DNA of 27,397 bases from a virus (taxonomy: Duplodnaviria > Caudoviricetes): IMG/VR virus record IMGVR_UViG_3300037847_003589, positions 1-27,397 of that record; one strand, 5' to 3'. Positions 8,332 through 16,515 of the stretch are shown piece by piece; the first letter of the stretch is position 1; each line of letters starts with the position of its first letter. Below the pieces are notes generated by a model. It had not been told where the DNA came from. It did not search any database and worked only from the letters and a program-made list of their open reading frames with translations. The position numbers were made by a program, and so were the translations under genes.

Positions 8332-9990
8332 GTGGGTAGACGGTTTACAGCCGAGGAGCTTTTAGAAGCCGATCCGATCTGGATTTTGGATCTTAATTTG
8401 GCCGGACAGGTTTACCGCTTCGCTAGCGAAAACGTAGAGATCCAAGATCTAAACCTAAATAAAACCTATCGCTATTTAGGTACGCTTTCCGACGTAGACT
8501 TTACGTCTAGCGCTAGTTTTTTTGACGCCGATCTAAGCCTGCCTTCCGCGGGTGTTACCGTAGTTTTTGACGTGGATCTAGCTGAGCTTATTAGCCGCGG
8601 CGCAGATCTCGGAAGCGCGGGCGCTGAATTAAGTTTATGGCTAGTCGGTAATAACTACGACGATAGGCAGACAGTAGTAAAGGGCACCGCTACCACTGGA
8701 GAATTTGGGGCAGCGGGGGAGCCGGTTAAGTTTATGATCGAGCCGGAATGGTTAGAAACCTCTAAGGCTATACCAGGTCCGGCGGCTTTCGTTTCTGGAG
8801 ACTCATTTAGCAACGCCGCAGAAAACGCGGAGGGCTTAGCCTATCCCGTTATTATCGGTAAGCCGGGGGCTTATGCACGGTACGCCGGATCTCCTGCTTA
8901 CGTTATTAATACTAGTACCGAGCTACTTCTAATAGCAGACGGGATCGTAGATGCCTCTACCGTTAAAATAGAAGATAGCGAGGGGAATACGGTAACCGGT
9001 AAAGCTGTCCTTAATGCTACCGATAGTTTAGGGCAGGCTTATAGCTACGTGGATATTAGTGGTTTTTATGTAGCTGGACGATCCTATTTTACACACTGGA
9101 ACGACGGAAGCAGCGAGCCCGGAGGAGGCGGCGGAGGTATTCCGCTCGCATTCGATAAGCGCCCGGAGGACTCTACAGGAGACGCGCCTGGAGGTTATTT
9201 AACTAACGCCGGAGACGTGATCCGCTATCTGCTTCTGCGCTCCGGCTTGCCATTAGACGAGGGGCGGACGGTTGCAGCTTGTGAACAGCTCCAAGATATT
9301 AGTCTTAATGGATATATCGGAGAGCGTACCGACTGCCTAGAAATCCTAAAAGACGACGTTTTACCCTTAGTTCCTGTTTCGTTAAGGGCAGGAGTTAACG
9401 GCGTTTACCCTATCGTCTGGAGATACTGGGCTAAAGTAGAGGACGCGGCGGCTAACCTTACCGCTGATAAAGACATTTTTAGAAACGGCGGGATCCGTTA
9501 CGAGGGTAACCGGATCGCTAACGAGTTCGTCTTTAAATGGAGGCATAACGCTAAGCGTAATAAGCTAACTAAAACCTCTACGCTTACCGGGGATCCTTCC
9601 GTTAATGTCGGCGGCGTCGTTATTGATAATACCTTTAGGGAGCAGACTAGCGCCGTTAGCCGTAATATCTACACGGTTAACAGCTACAGTAAATACGGAA
9701 CTAGATCTAAAACGATCCGGTCTAGATTTATCGGATACCCTAAAGACGCGTTCCGCGTTTTAGCGTGGAAGTCGCAGGCGGAAGGGCAGCGCCATAAAAG
9801 CATTAGCTACTTAGCTCCTTTTAAATATGCGTGGCTAGAACCCGGGAGCGTAGTAACCATAACGGATCCCGAGTTACATTTAGTAGAGCAGTTAGTTTTA
9901 GTTCGTTCTATTGAATGGGCGCAGGACTCTTTAGTTTTAGATCTTTTATTAGTTCCTAATCTCTTTACTGATAAAATAACGGCGGGATAA
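8332..9990 (+). CDS. Baseplate hub / tail-tip (Tal-like) protein
   Basis: 552 aa, GTG start, second gene after the tape measure; YPVIIG and C-terminal LEPGSVVTITDP OB-fold-like signature seen in hub proteins. Confidence 0.65.
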   Translation: MGRRFTAEELLEADPIWILDLNLAGQVYRFASENVEIQDLNLNKTYRYLGTLSDVDFTSSASFFDADLSLPSAGVTVVFDVDLAELISRGADLGSAGAELSLWLVGNNYDDRQTVVKGTATTGEFGAAGEPVKFMIEPEWLETSKAIPGPAAFVSGDSFSNAAENAEGLAYPVIIGKPGAYARYAGSPAYVINTSTELLLIADGIVDASTVKIEDSEGNTVTGKAVLNATDSLGQAYSYVDISGFYVAGRSYFTHWNDGSSEPGGGGGGIPLAFDKRPEDSTGDAPGGYLTNAGDVIRYLLLRSGLPLDEGRTVAACEQLQDISLNGYIGERTDCLEILKDDVLPLVPVSLRAGVNGVYPIVWRYWAKVEDAAANLTADKDIFRNGGIRYEGNRIANEFVFKWRHNAKRNKLTKTSTLTGDPSVNVGGVVIDNTFREQTSAVSRNIYTVNSYSKYGTRSKTIRSRFIGYPKDAFRVLAWKSQAEGQRHKSISYLAPFKYAWLEPGSVVTITDPELHLVEQLVLVRSIEWAQDSLVLDLLLVPNLFTDKITAG

Positions 9991-10006
9991 TAGGAGGCCC
10001 GATCTT

Positions 10007-10384
10007 ATGGCTTACTCAGCTACATTTACTCTAAATCATTTGGGCGGACGTAATTACCGCCTCGTTATTACTGAGACGGAAAGCGGCGCAGCTACGGAGA
10101 AGGAGATTACCGGCCTGCCTAAATACGGGCGGATCTGTCAGCAGCGACTAGTAAAAACCGCTGGCTCTGCTACTACGTTCGCGCCTATTTTGCAGGAGGC
10201 AACCGGAGCAGCTAACGCCGGTTATACAGTGGTACAGGCTACCGCCGCCGCCGATCAAAATAATACACTCGATCCGCCTGCTAAATATGTAACTACAGAC
10301 GGCAAGCTCTACCATCGTAGTGTCTGCGATACAGGATCGGACACGTCCGTTACAATTATTTATGATATTCAGGCAGGCTGGTAA
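10007..10384 (+). CDS. Hypothetical virion protein (small beta-sandwich)
   Basis: AGGAGG RBS; Thr/Ala-rich beta pattern; tail module position. Confidence 0.5.
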   Translation: MAYSATFTLNHLGGRNYRLVITETESGAATEKEITGLPKYGRICQQRLVKTAGSATTFAPILQEATGAANAGYTVVQATAAADQNNTLDPPAKYVTTDGKLYHRSVCDTGSDTSVTIIYDIQAGW

Positions 10385-10409
10385 AGTCTAATAAAAACAG
10401 GGGTTTACG

Positions 10410-11387
10410 ATGGGCGTAGCTAAGCCGGTAGTTATCAGTTCACGCGGAGAAAAACGCAACGCCGATCAGGGCGGAGGAGGCGGATCTAGTAACGCTTGGA
10501 GAGACTTTACTAGTTTAGACATTACGAATTTGTCTTTATGGGAAGTAAGACACGGCTTAGGCAGTACGGCTAAAAGTGCTACGGTTAGTTTAGACGGAGA
10601 CGTTTTAGTCTGGAACTGTCCCACTTCTCCTACTAGCTCTACGGAAATTAAACCGGGCACCGCCCGCGGAACGTTTCTTATTTTTAAACAGCACCTTAAC
10701 CCGTGGACGGAATGCGGCTTAAGTCTACCTTCCGGCGTATCTGCTAACGAGTTTTATCCGGACGTTTTTAATCTTACTGTAGAAGTAGAGACGGACACGA
10801 TCCCGATTAACGGCCCGCTAGGATCGCTTACAGGTAACCAGTACGGAAGACATATGCAGATCGGAGCGGGCGTGGTTAGTTACTCCTCCGACCAAAGCGG
10901 ATCGCCTGCGTTGCCGGATGCCTCTAGCGGTTTCGCTATGGCTCGTATGTTTAAAAATCTCGGAACTAATCCGGATAACAGCGAGGACGGGACTAACCTT
11001 TACAAGTCTGGTTATCTCACTGGTAACGCTACAGGAACGGTAACCGGTGCCCGCTGGAAGTGTCAGCCCACAGGAGGAGACACTAGACACGATAGTTTAA
11101 TTTTTCAGGCTAGCTTCGGACCCGTAGGCCTTAACAGCGCTAACCGTCTGCTAGTACAGGGCGGAAGCTACAGTAAAACTAATCCGAGAGTTAGAGCGCT
11201 CCAAAGCGGAACGGGGCAAACTGGAACGGCTACCGCGTTTAGCGGCGCGGATAATAAGTTTATCCATATCGCTATCAGCTTCGGCGCACAAAATAACACG
11301 GGCGGAAACGGGGGGAGCTGTCGCATTAAATCTGTCCGTTACCTTTTGCAGCCGTTACAGAATAGAGAAGAACTCACGGGGGCCTAA
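10410..11387 (+). CDS. Putative receptor-binding / tail-associated protein
   Basis: Short N-terminal segment, GGGGG linker, then a Gly/Ser/Thr-rich beta domain; end of the tail module. Confidence 0.45.
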   Translation: MGVAKPVVISSRGEKRNADQGGGGGSSNAWRDFTSLDITNLSLWEVRHGLGSTAKSATVSLDGDVLVWNCPTSPTSSTEIKPGTARGTFLIFKQHLNPWTECGLSLPSGVSANEFYPDVFNLTVEVETDTIPINGPLGSLTGNQYGRHMQIGAGVVSYSSDQSGSPALPDASSGFAMARMFKNLGTNPDNSEDGTNLYKSGYLTGNATGTVTGARWKCQPTGGDTRHDSLIFQASFGPVGLNSANRLLVQGGSYSKTNPRVRALQSGTGQTGTATAFSGADNKFIHIAISFGAQNNTGGNGGSCRIKSVRYLLQPLQNREELTGA

Positions 11388-11665
11388 TGGACTTGGTTTT
11401 AATGAAACTTAATAGCAGCTCCGCCGCGTCTAATATCGTAGACGAGGTAGCAGCGGGATCGCTTTGGGGCGTAGATCTTGGAACTACTAGTAAAGCGTCG
11501 TCTTATGATAGTTACGCGCTAGTAGAAGCTACGGCTAACCGCGTTTCTAATCTAGTCGCAGCCTGCCCCGATTCTGTTGATCTGCTTCTGCAATATCATA
11601 ACGCTCCGGCATTTACGGATCTTACTGAGGATAATAAATGTTGGTTTCTGCGGGGCCGCCTTTAG
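11387..11665 (+). CDS. Hypothetical protein (possible partner or chaperone of the upstream protein)
   Basis: TAATG coupling to the upstream gene; no motif recognised. Confidence 0.5.
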   Translation: MDLVLMKLNSSSAASNIVDEVAAGSLWGVDLGTTSKASSYDSYALVEATANRVSNLVAACPDSVDLLLQYHNAPAFTDLTEDNKCWFLRGRL

Positions 11666-11676
11666 AGGTTTAAAAA

Positions 11677-11868
11677 ATGGAACAGCGCGTAAGAAAACTA
11701 GAAACGGACGTAGCGGTTTTAGGTAATCGACAGGATACCGCGGAGGCGGAGATCTCCTCTATTAGAGAGGACGTTAAAGAAATCCGCAGCGACATAGCAA
11801 AAGCGCAAGGCTTAATTATTGCGGTAACCGTGATCTCTCAGATTATCGGGATCCTAATGGTGCAATAA
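11677..11868 (+). CDS. XhlA-like membrane protein (coiled-coil plus C-terminal TM helix), lysis cassette
   Basis: MEQRVRKLETDVAVL heptads followed by hydrophobic GLIIAVTVISQIIGILMV; upstream of the endolysin candidate. Confidence 0.55.
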   Translation: MEQRVRKLETDVAVLGNRQDTAEAEISSIREDVKEIRSDIAKAQGLIIAVTVISQIIGILMVQ

Positions 11869-12035
11869 TGGAAGGGGACGTAGTAGCGCAATATATCGAT
11901 CTATCTATGACGGTCGCGTTTATTGGCTATCTAGTCGCACAAAATAAAAGAATGGGTGCGCAGTTAACTAAAATGTCTACTAAATACGAAACGTTTATAG
12001 AGCGCCTTTTAGATACTAAAAGTAAGGAGGGATAA
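11868..12035 (+). CDS. Unlisted 55-aa holin-like protein with BhlA/UviB-like layout
   Basis: Reads MEGDVVAQYIDLSMTVAFIGYLVAQNKRMGAQLTKMSTKYETFIERLLDTKSKEG; TAATG overlaps at both ends; one N-terminal hydrophobic helix plus a charged helical tail. Confidence 0.65.
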   Translation: MEGDVVAQYIDLSMTVAFIGYLVAQNKRMGAQLTKMSTKYETFIERLLDTKSKEG

Positions 12036-12286
12036 TGGCTAAACGCGAAAGGGTAGGACGCCTATTTAAAAAAACCGTAGAGCTATCGGAAGTAATGCAC
12101 CCGGGCAGACGGAAAGGTAAAGCAAAAAAGAAATGGGCCGTAGAGTTTATTACTAAAGAACTTAATAAACGTTTAGATCTGCCTCTGCTAAATGAGGAAC
12201 AGGAAGCCGCCGTTATTGGGTGGGCGGTAGATATCGTAGTAGATTTAGTCTCCGATAAAGTAGGTTTAGATGGGAAAGCCGACTAG
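12035..12286 (+). CDS. Hypothetical lysis-cassette protein
   Basis: Strong RBS at 12023-12031; GKAKKKWAVEFI...LDLPLLNEEQE; lies between the holin-like genes and the lysin. Confidence 0.55.
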   Translation: MAKRERVGRLFKKTVELSEVMHPGRRKGKAKKKWAVEFITKELNKRLDLPLLNEEQEAAVIGWAVDIVVDLVSDKVGLDGKAD

Positions 12287-12899
12287 CTATAAGCGCTACG
12301 GTTATCCTATGTTACCGCCGATCTTACAGCGGGTTAAATCCGCTGGTTTTAAGGTTTTTGATAATGGTAGATGGGACGTTAATCTAGTAGCCATTAGATC
12401 CAAGGATCGCACGGCTGGAGCATATGACGATCTGATCTGTATCGCGGCCCGCGAATATGTTAACGGGCCGTGGGTCTGTAGATATTACCCTTGCACGGTT
12501 GACCCGGGGGCGGAATGGGAAGCCCGCGGCGGCATGCGTCCGGAAGGCGTAGCAGTAGTAGCTAACGGGCAGCACCGCGGAGCGTATTCTATTGGCATCC
12601 ATAGACGAGGAAGTAAAACCGCGCACGAGGCCTTAGTGCAAACCGGCCCTATAGCTATTTACAGGGACGCTAATAGAGACGGGCGGATCGATATGACAGG
12701 GCCGCGGCTAGAAGGCCAGCGCGTGTTTTGTAATATCCATAAAGGAGGAACCTACGGGCAGGCTGTAGGCTTATGGTCTGCCGGATGCACGGCGATCCCG
12801 CGTCCCTGGTTTACCGACTTTATGTATCATATTAAAAAACAGATAGAGTTTAATCCTAGCTGGAAAACTTACACCTACACGATCTTACCGGAGGAGTAG
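12270..12899 (+). CDS. Putative endolysin with an L,D-transpeptidase (YkuD)-like His/Cys site; true start may be ATG 12309
   Basis: NIH-x12-SAGC motif, TVDPG, and a DxNxDG Ca-loop-like segment (RDANRDGRID); located among membrane-protein genes. Confidence 0.6.
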   Translation: MGKPTSYKRYGYPMLPPILQRVKSAGFKVFDNGRWDVNLVAIRSKDRTAGAYDDLICIAAREYVNGPWVCRYYPCTVDPGAEWEARGGMRPEGVAVVANGQHRGAYSIGIHRRGSKTAHEALVQTGPIAIYRDANRDGRIDMTGPRLEGQRVFCNIHKGGTYGQAVGLWSAGCTAIPRPWFTDFMYHIKKQIEFNPSWKTYTYTILPEE

Positions 12900-12904
12900 A
12901 GAGA

Positions 12905-13135
12905 ATGGATCTTAGCGCATTTAAAGAAAAGTTTAAGGACACTAAAGTTAAAATCCTAGTAGGCGGCGGGATCGTAATCGCTGGAGCTTGGGGATCTTGC
13001 ACGTTTCAAGGTTCAACGGATAGCGCGGTTAGTCCGAAATCGGAGGAGGCAGCGCCCGCAGAAGTGGAAGCGCAGCCCGGAAACGAGGCAGAAGCAGAAG
13101 CAGAAGCCGATAAAGCAGCGCCGCCCGCGGAGTAA
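12905..13135 (+). CDS. Putative lipoprotein (possibly spanin-like)
   Basis: Basic N-terminus, hydrophobic ILVGGGIVIAGAWGS, then Cys (atypical lipobox) and an acidic Ala/Pro/Glu tail; follows the lysin. Confidence 0.45.
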   Translation: MDLSAFKEKFKDTKVKILVGGGIVIAGAWGSCTFQGSTDSAVSPKSEEAAPAEVEAQPGNEAEAEAEADKAAPPAE

Positions 13136-13141
13136 GATTAA

Positions 13142-13207
13142 GCCGGACGGGGCTAGCTTTCAGGCTATCCATAGGCCTTACCCTCCTTAGGCCTGCTCCG
13201 TTCCGGC
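13142..13207 (+). promoter_or_regulatory. Predicted three-way-junction RNA with an anti-SD loop upstream of ssb
   Basis: P1 13142-13153/13195-13207, P2 13154-13158/13163-13167, P3 13173-13178/13189-13194; 13181-13191 is the exact complement of 13231-13241. Confidence 0.5.
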
Positions 13208-13244
13208 GCTCCGTGTTATTCTATTCCCTTCCTAAGGAGGGATA

Positions 13245-13604
13245 ATGGCTAATCAAATTTCTATTAGTGGTAATCTAGGTAATGATCCGGAGATCTCCGT
13301 AACTGCAAAAGGAGACTCTATGGCTAAGTTTTCAGTAGCCGATAATAGCGGCGGTAAGGCTGAGCCTCCGATCTGGTGGAAGGTCATAGCTTACCGATAT
13401 GATGCGGACTTTTGCCGGGGTTTAAGAAAGGGCCAGCGGGTTACGGTTTTCGGTAAGGTAAAACCTTACACCTATACACACCGGGAGACAGGCGAACAGC
13501 GGCAAGCGTTGAGCATTTCGGCTAGTCATGTAGCCGCTGATAAATCGGAAAACGTGGTAAGCTTTTCTAGCGAGGAAACAGCCGGGGAGGAGATCCCTTT
13601 CTAA
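13245..13604 (+). CDS. ssb: Single-stranded DNA-binding protein
   Basis: GNLGNDPE, FSVA, LRKGQRVTVFG OB-fold motifs and acidic C-terminal EEIPF tip. Confidence 0.93.
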   Translation: MANQISISGNLGNDPEISVTAKGDSMAKFSVADNSGGKAEPPIWWKVIAYRYDADFCRGLRKGQRVTVFGKVKPYTYTHRETGEQRQALSISASHVAADKSENVVSFSSEETAGEEIPF

Positions 13605-13619
13605 AGGGATCTTGCGGCT

Positions 13620-13907
13620 ATGGGGGATCACGGGGATCGGCTATCGGATAAGCTGCCCCCGTGGTCTATCCCCTTACTTTTAATCGGCGGCGGCGGAGCT
13701 GCGGGCGTCGGCGGTATGTCTATTAGCTTCGGCGGCGCGGCAGATAAAAACGCGCAGGCTGTAGAGTTAGCGCAATGCGTCCCCGCCTCGGTAGAGTCGG
13801 AACTAGAAAACACGAAAGCAGAACTAGAGCAAGTAAGACGAGCGCTTAACGGAATGATCGATAGCCTTTTAGCTATTACTTCTGCCTGCGCTATTAAGGA
13901 GGACTAA
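13620..13907 (+). CDS. Membrane-anchored coiled-coil protein
   Basis: N-terminal hydrophobic Gly-rich segment, C-terminal heptads flanked by two Cys; TAATG-coupled to the methyltransferase. Confidence 0.55.
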   Translation: MGDHGDRLSDKLPPWSIPLLLIGGGGAAGVGGMSISFGGAADKNAQAVELAQCVPASVESELENTKAELEQVRRALNGMIDSLLAITSACAIKED

Positions 13908-14422
13908 TGCAAAAGGGCCACGCGTGGAGTGTAATCCACAGTAGCGCAGACGATACTTGGCGAACGCCGCCAGAACTTTACGAAAGGCTAGATAGAGAGT
14001 TCTCCTTTAGCTTAGATGCCGCAGCGCTAGAAGGCTCTAAGCTTGCGCCTACTTGGTTAGGCCCTAATCACCCGGACCCGGATCGGAGGGACGCCCTTAA
14101 CGTTAGCTGGGAGGGCGCTACTACGTTCCTCAATCCCCCTTACGGAAGAACTGTAGGCGACTGGATTAAGAAAGCTCACAAGGAAAGCAGGCGGGGATCT
14201 ACCGTAGTAGTTTTAGTTATGGCCTGCACTGAGACTAGGTGGTTTAGAGAAATCGCTTGGAAGGCCGACGAGCTGCGATTCATTCAGGGCCGCGTAAAGT
14301 TTCTTAGAGGAGACGGAACGCCCGCGGCGGCCTCTCCTAAAGGATCGGTTTTGATCGTCTTTCGGCCTAACGTTCCCCCGGACGGATGGGCGGGCGGGCC
14401 TCGCTGTTCGCTGTTTATGTAA
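13907..14422 (+). CDS. dam: Phage DNA N6-adenine methyltransferase (phage Dam family)
   Basis: WRTPPELY, FSLDAAA, catalytic NPPY, and T.TRWF...FIQGRVKF motifs. Target specificity is not determined. Confidence 0.88.
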   Translation: MQKGHAWSVIHSSADDTWRTPPELYERLDREFSFSLDAAALEGSKLAPTWLGPNHPDPDRRDALNVSWEGATTFLNPPYGRTVGDWIKKAHKESRRGSTVVVLVMACTETRWFREIAWKADELRFIQGRVKFLRGDGTPAAASPKGSVLIVFRPNVPPDGWAGGPRCSLFM

Positions 14423-14456
14423 AAACCCCCGACGACCTAAGAAGGAAGACGGGGGT
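14421..14456 (-). terminator. Probable intrinsic terminator of the leftward operon at the convergence point
   Basis: Minus strand reads ACCCCCG...CCT-TCTT-AGG...CGGGGGT followed by TTTT. Confidence 0.55.
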
Positions 14457-14475
14457 AGCTCTACTAGGGCCGACT

Positions 14476-14571
14476 CTAGAAGAGCATAACGAGAACGGCG
14501 AAACCGTAAGCGCTTAGCGCGAAACCCAAAATAGCGGCGGCGTCTTTTAATTTTCTACCTTTTCTAAGCAT
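14476..14571 (-). CDS. Unlisted 31-aa single-TM peptide
   Basis: AGGAGGG RBS inside the end of the upstream gene; reads MLRKGRKLKDAAAILGFALSAYGFAVLVMLF; ends just before the terminator. Confidence 0.6.
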   Translation of the reverse strand: MLRKGRKLKDAAAILGFALSAYGFAVLVMLF

Positions 14572-14573
14572 GC

Positions 14574-15107
14574 TTAAGCCCTCCTAATAGCTGCGCTTAC
14601 TGTCGTTACCTGCTCTACTCCGGGTACGTTTTCCCCGGACTTAGCAGCCTTTCTAGCCTCGTCTTTTTTATATTTAGTAACTACCTCGGTATAGGTAAAG
14701 CGTTCAGGTAAGGCCGCTTCGTTCCATACTTGGAAGCTTTTTCTAACTACTCTAGAGGCCGTTCCTTGTGAGGTCCAGACTTTACCAGGCCTGCCCGCGT
14801 CTACTTCTTTTTGGAGAAGTTTAGCGATTAGATCGCGGATCTTTACCTGCGATTTTTTAGCGCGTTTTACCTGTAGCGCGGCGGCGTCTCTCGTAATCCG
14901 CGCCGCGTCTTCTCTTCCTTGGTAATGCGCGTCCGCTGCTACTAACCTAGCTACCGTTTCGGCTAAATGCCCGTCTAGAATTTTGGCCTCTAGCGCTTCG
15001 ATCTCCGGGGTTATTTCGCCTTCGTTATCGGCTATAAACTGTTCTAGATTATCCAGATCGCTAACGATCTTAGCTACCTCTTTTTCTAGCTTCCATAGAT
15101 TTTCCAT
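14574..15107 (-). CDS. Siphovirus Gp157-like (Gam-related) protein
   Basis: Coiled-coil N-terminus; C-terminal NEAALPERF...KKDEARKAAKSGENVPGVE...IR signature; next to ERF. Confidence 0.8.
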   Translation of the reverse strand: MENLWKLEKEVAKIVSDLDNLEQFIADNEGEITPEIEALEAKILDGHLAETVARLVAADAHYQGREDAARITRDAAALQVKRAKKSQVKIRDLIAKLLQKEVDAGRPGKVWTSQGTASRVVRKSFQVWNEAALPERFTYTEVVTKYKKDEARKAAKSGENVPGVEQVTTVSAAIRRA

Positions 15108-15109
15108 TT

Positions 15110-15622
15110 CTAACGCCCTCCTTTATAGCGTTCCGGGTATCTATTCCGGATCCATTCTCGGATCTGTTCCTCCTCGTCTGCGGTCGTATAGATCAGCTTA
15201 GCGCCGTTCCTGTTTTCCATAGGACAGGATAAGCCTAAAGCTCTAGCAGCGGTTCTAAAGCTATGATCTCTCCATTCCGTCTCTATTAGGTTAGTCCCTT
15301 TCCGGTATCGCTTGGGCCTAGTTCCTGTTCCGTAATGGAAGCGGGATCGGCTATCGCTCTCCTCCTCTATCGCCTGCTTTACGTCGAACAGCGGAAACGG
15401 GATCGGCTTCTCGTTATCCTTTCTCTTTTGCTCTAGAAGATCGTCTACTGAAACCGACGCTAGAACGCCCACTAGATCGCTACTACATTTACTTAGAAGC
15501 TTTACCTCTGCTTCTGCGATCTGTGCGTCAATCTGCGCCCGCTCTTTTTTGAGCTGTTCGATCCCGTTAGCGATCTCTAAGTAAGCTCTAAGCTTATCTA
15601 TAACTTCGTTATAATCTGCCAT
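15110..15622 (-). CDS. Hypothetical protein (N-terminal coiled-coil, possibly DNA-binding C-terminus)
   Basis: AGGAGGG RBS; tightly packed in the operon; no family recognised. Confidence 0.6.
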   Translation of the reverse strand: MADYNEVIDKLRAYLEIANGIEQLKKERAQIDAQIAEAEVKLLSKCSSDLVGVLASVSVDDLLEQKRKDNEKPIPFPLFDVKQAIEEESDSRSRFHYGTGTRPKRYRKGTNLIETEWRDHSFRTAARALGLSCPMENRNGAKLIYTTADEEEQIREWIRNRYPERYKGGR

Positions 15623-15633
15623 TTTATACCCTC

Positions 15634-16515
15634 CTAAAAGATAGATTTAGAGCCGTCGCCGTGGGCTTCTGCTTTTGTCGGCGCGTTTTCGTTAGACCAC
15701 TTTTCGTAACTGTCGTAAGCTTCGGAATAAGCGGTAAGGATCTCAGCGCTTGCGCCTTTCTGTAGCCACTTCAAAACCTTAGATCTGGCTTCGCTATTCA
15801 TTCGAGACGGACGCGGGCGCGGCGGTTCCATTTCGCTTAAAACCCACGCTAGCTTTTCGTAGTTCCAGTTAACGCCGTTAGGCCTGTTTACTTCAGATAC
15901 CGCAGCGCAAAAGGCCGCCCGTTCTCTAGCCCATTCCGGATCCTTGTCGTCTTCTGCAATAGGCGACGGCGGAAGCGGTTTAGCTTTAGGTTTAGCCTTA
16001 GTAGGCGGATAGACTGGCTTAGCCTGTTTAGACTTCTGCTTAGCTTCTGCCTTCCTCGTCTGCTCTACCTTCTTAGGATCTTCCCCGTCGTCTTCCGGCT
16101 CGCTGTCAATGTTTAGGGCAGCCGCGCAATGATAGCGCCGGAGGTAGGTTAGGCTACTGCCTAGATCCTGTATGCCTTCCCGTCCTCCTATCGGGCCTTC
16201 TCCATAGCTTACGATAGAGCCCCCGCCTTCGTGGGTAATCTGCGTTAAAACCGAGGCCGCGATCTTACCGTTTTCTCCGCTGTTTATCGGGCCTGCGAAC
16301 TGTAGAAAGCTAAGCCCCGATTTAGCTAGCGGGCCGCGGATAGCTTTCCTAATGTCTCCGATAGTAGAAAAGCGGTTTTTTAAATGCGGATTAATACCGG
16401 TTTTAGGGCAAGGCTCGATCAGGGCTTGCGCTTCTGCTAGTGCTTTATACAGGCTAGCTAACGCTTCTTCTGTCGGAGCAGTAACCGTAACGTGTCCTAG
16501 TTCCATCCTAATCAT
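15634..16515 (-). CDS. erf: ERF-family single-strand annealing protein
   Basis: KTGINPHLKNRFSTIGDI, GLSFLQ and GSSLTYLRRY...EDDG motifs; Lys/Pro linker and an extra C-terminal domain. Confidence 0.88.
   Translation of the reverse strand: MIRMELGHVTVTAPTEEALASLYKALAEAQALIEPCPKTGINPHLKNRFSTIGDIRKAIRGPLAKSGLSFLQFAGPINSGENGKIAASVLTQITHEGGGSIVSYGEGPIGGREGIQDLGSSLTYLRRYHCAAALNIDSEPEDDGEDPKKVEQTRKAEAKQKSKQAKPVYPPTKAKPKAKPLPPSPIAEDDKDPEWARERAAFCAAVSEVNRPNGVNWNYEKLAWVLSEMEPPRPRPSRMNSEARSKVLKWLQKGASAEILTAYSEAYDSYEKWSNENAPTKAEAHGDGSKSIF

Noticed and set aside
13088-13107. GCAGAA x3 microsatellite
   Set aside because: An in-frame EAEAEA low-complexity linker with no sign of phase variation.
15110-15622. 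H-NS-like protein (coiled-coil, SVDDLL, PKRYR...TEW)
   Set aside because: Lacks the TWxGxGRxP DNA-binding motif; the resemblance is too weak without a structure search.
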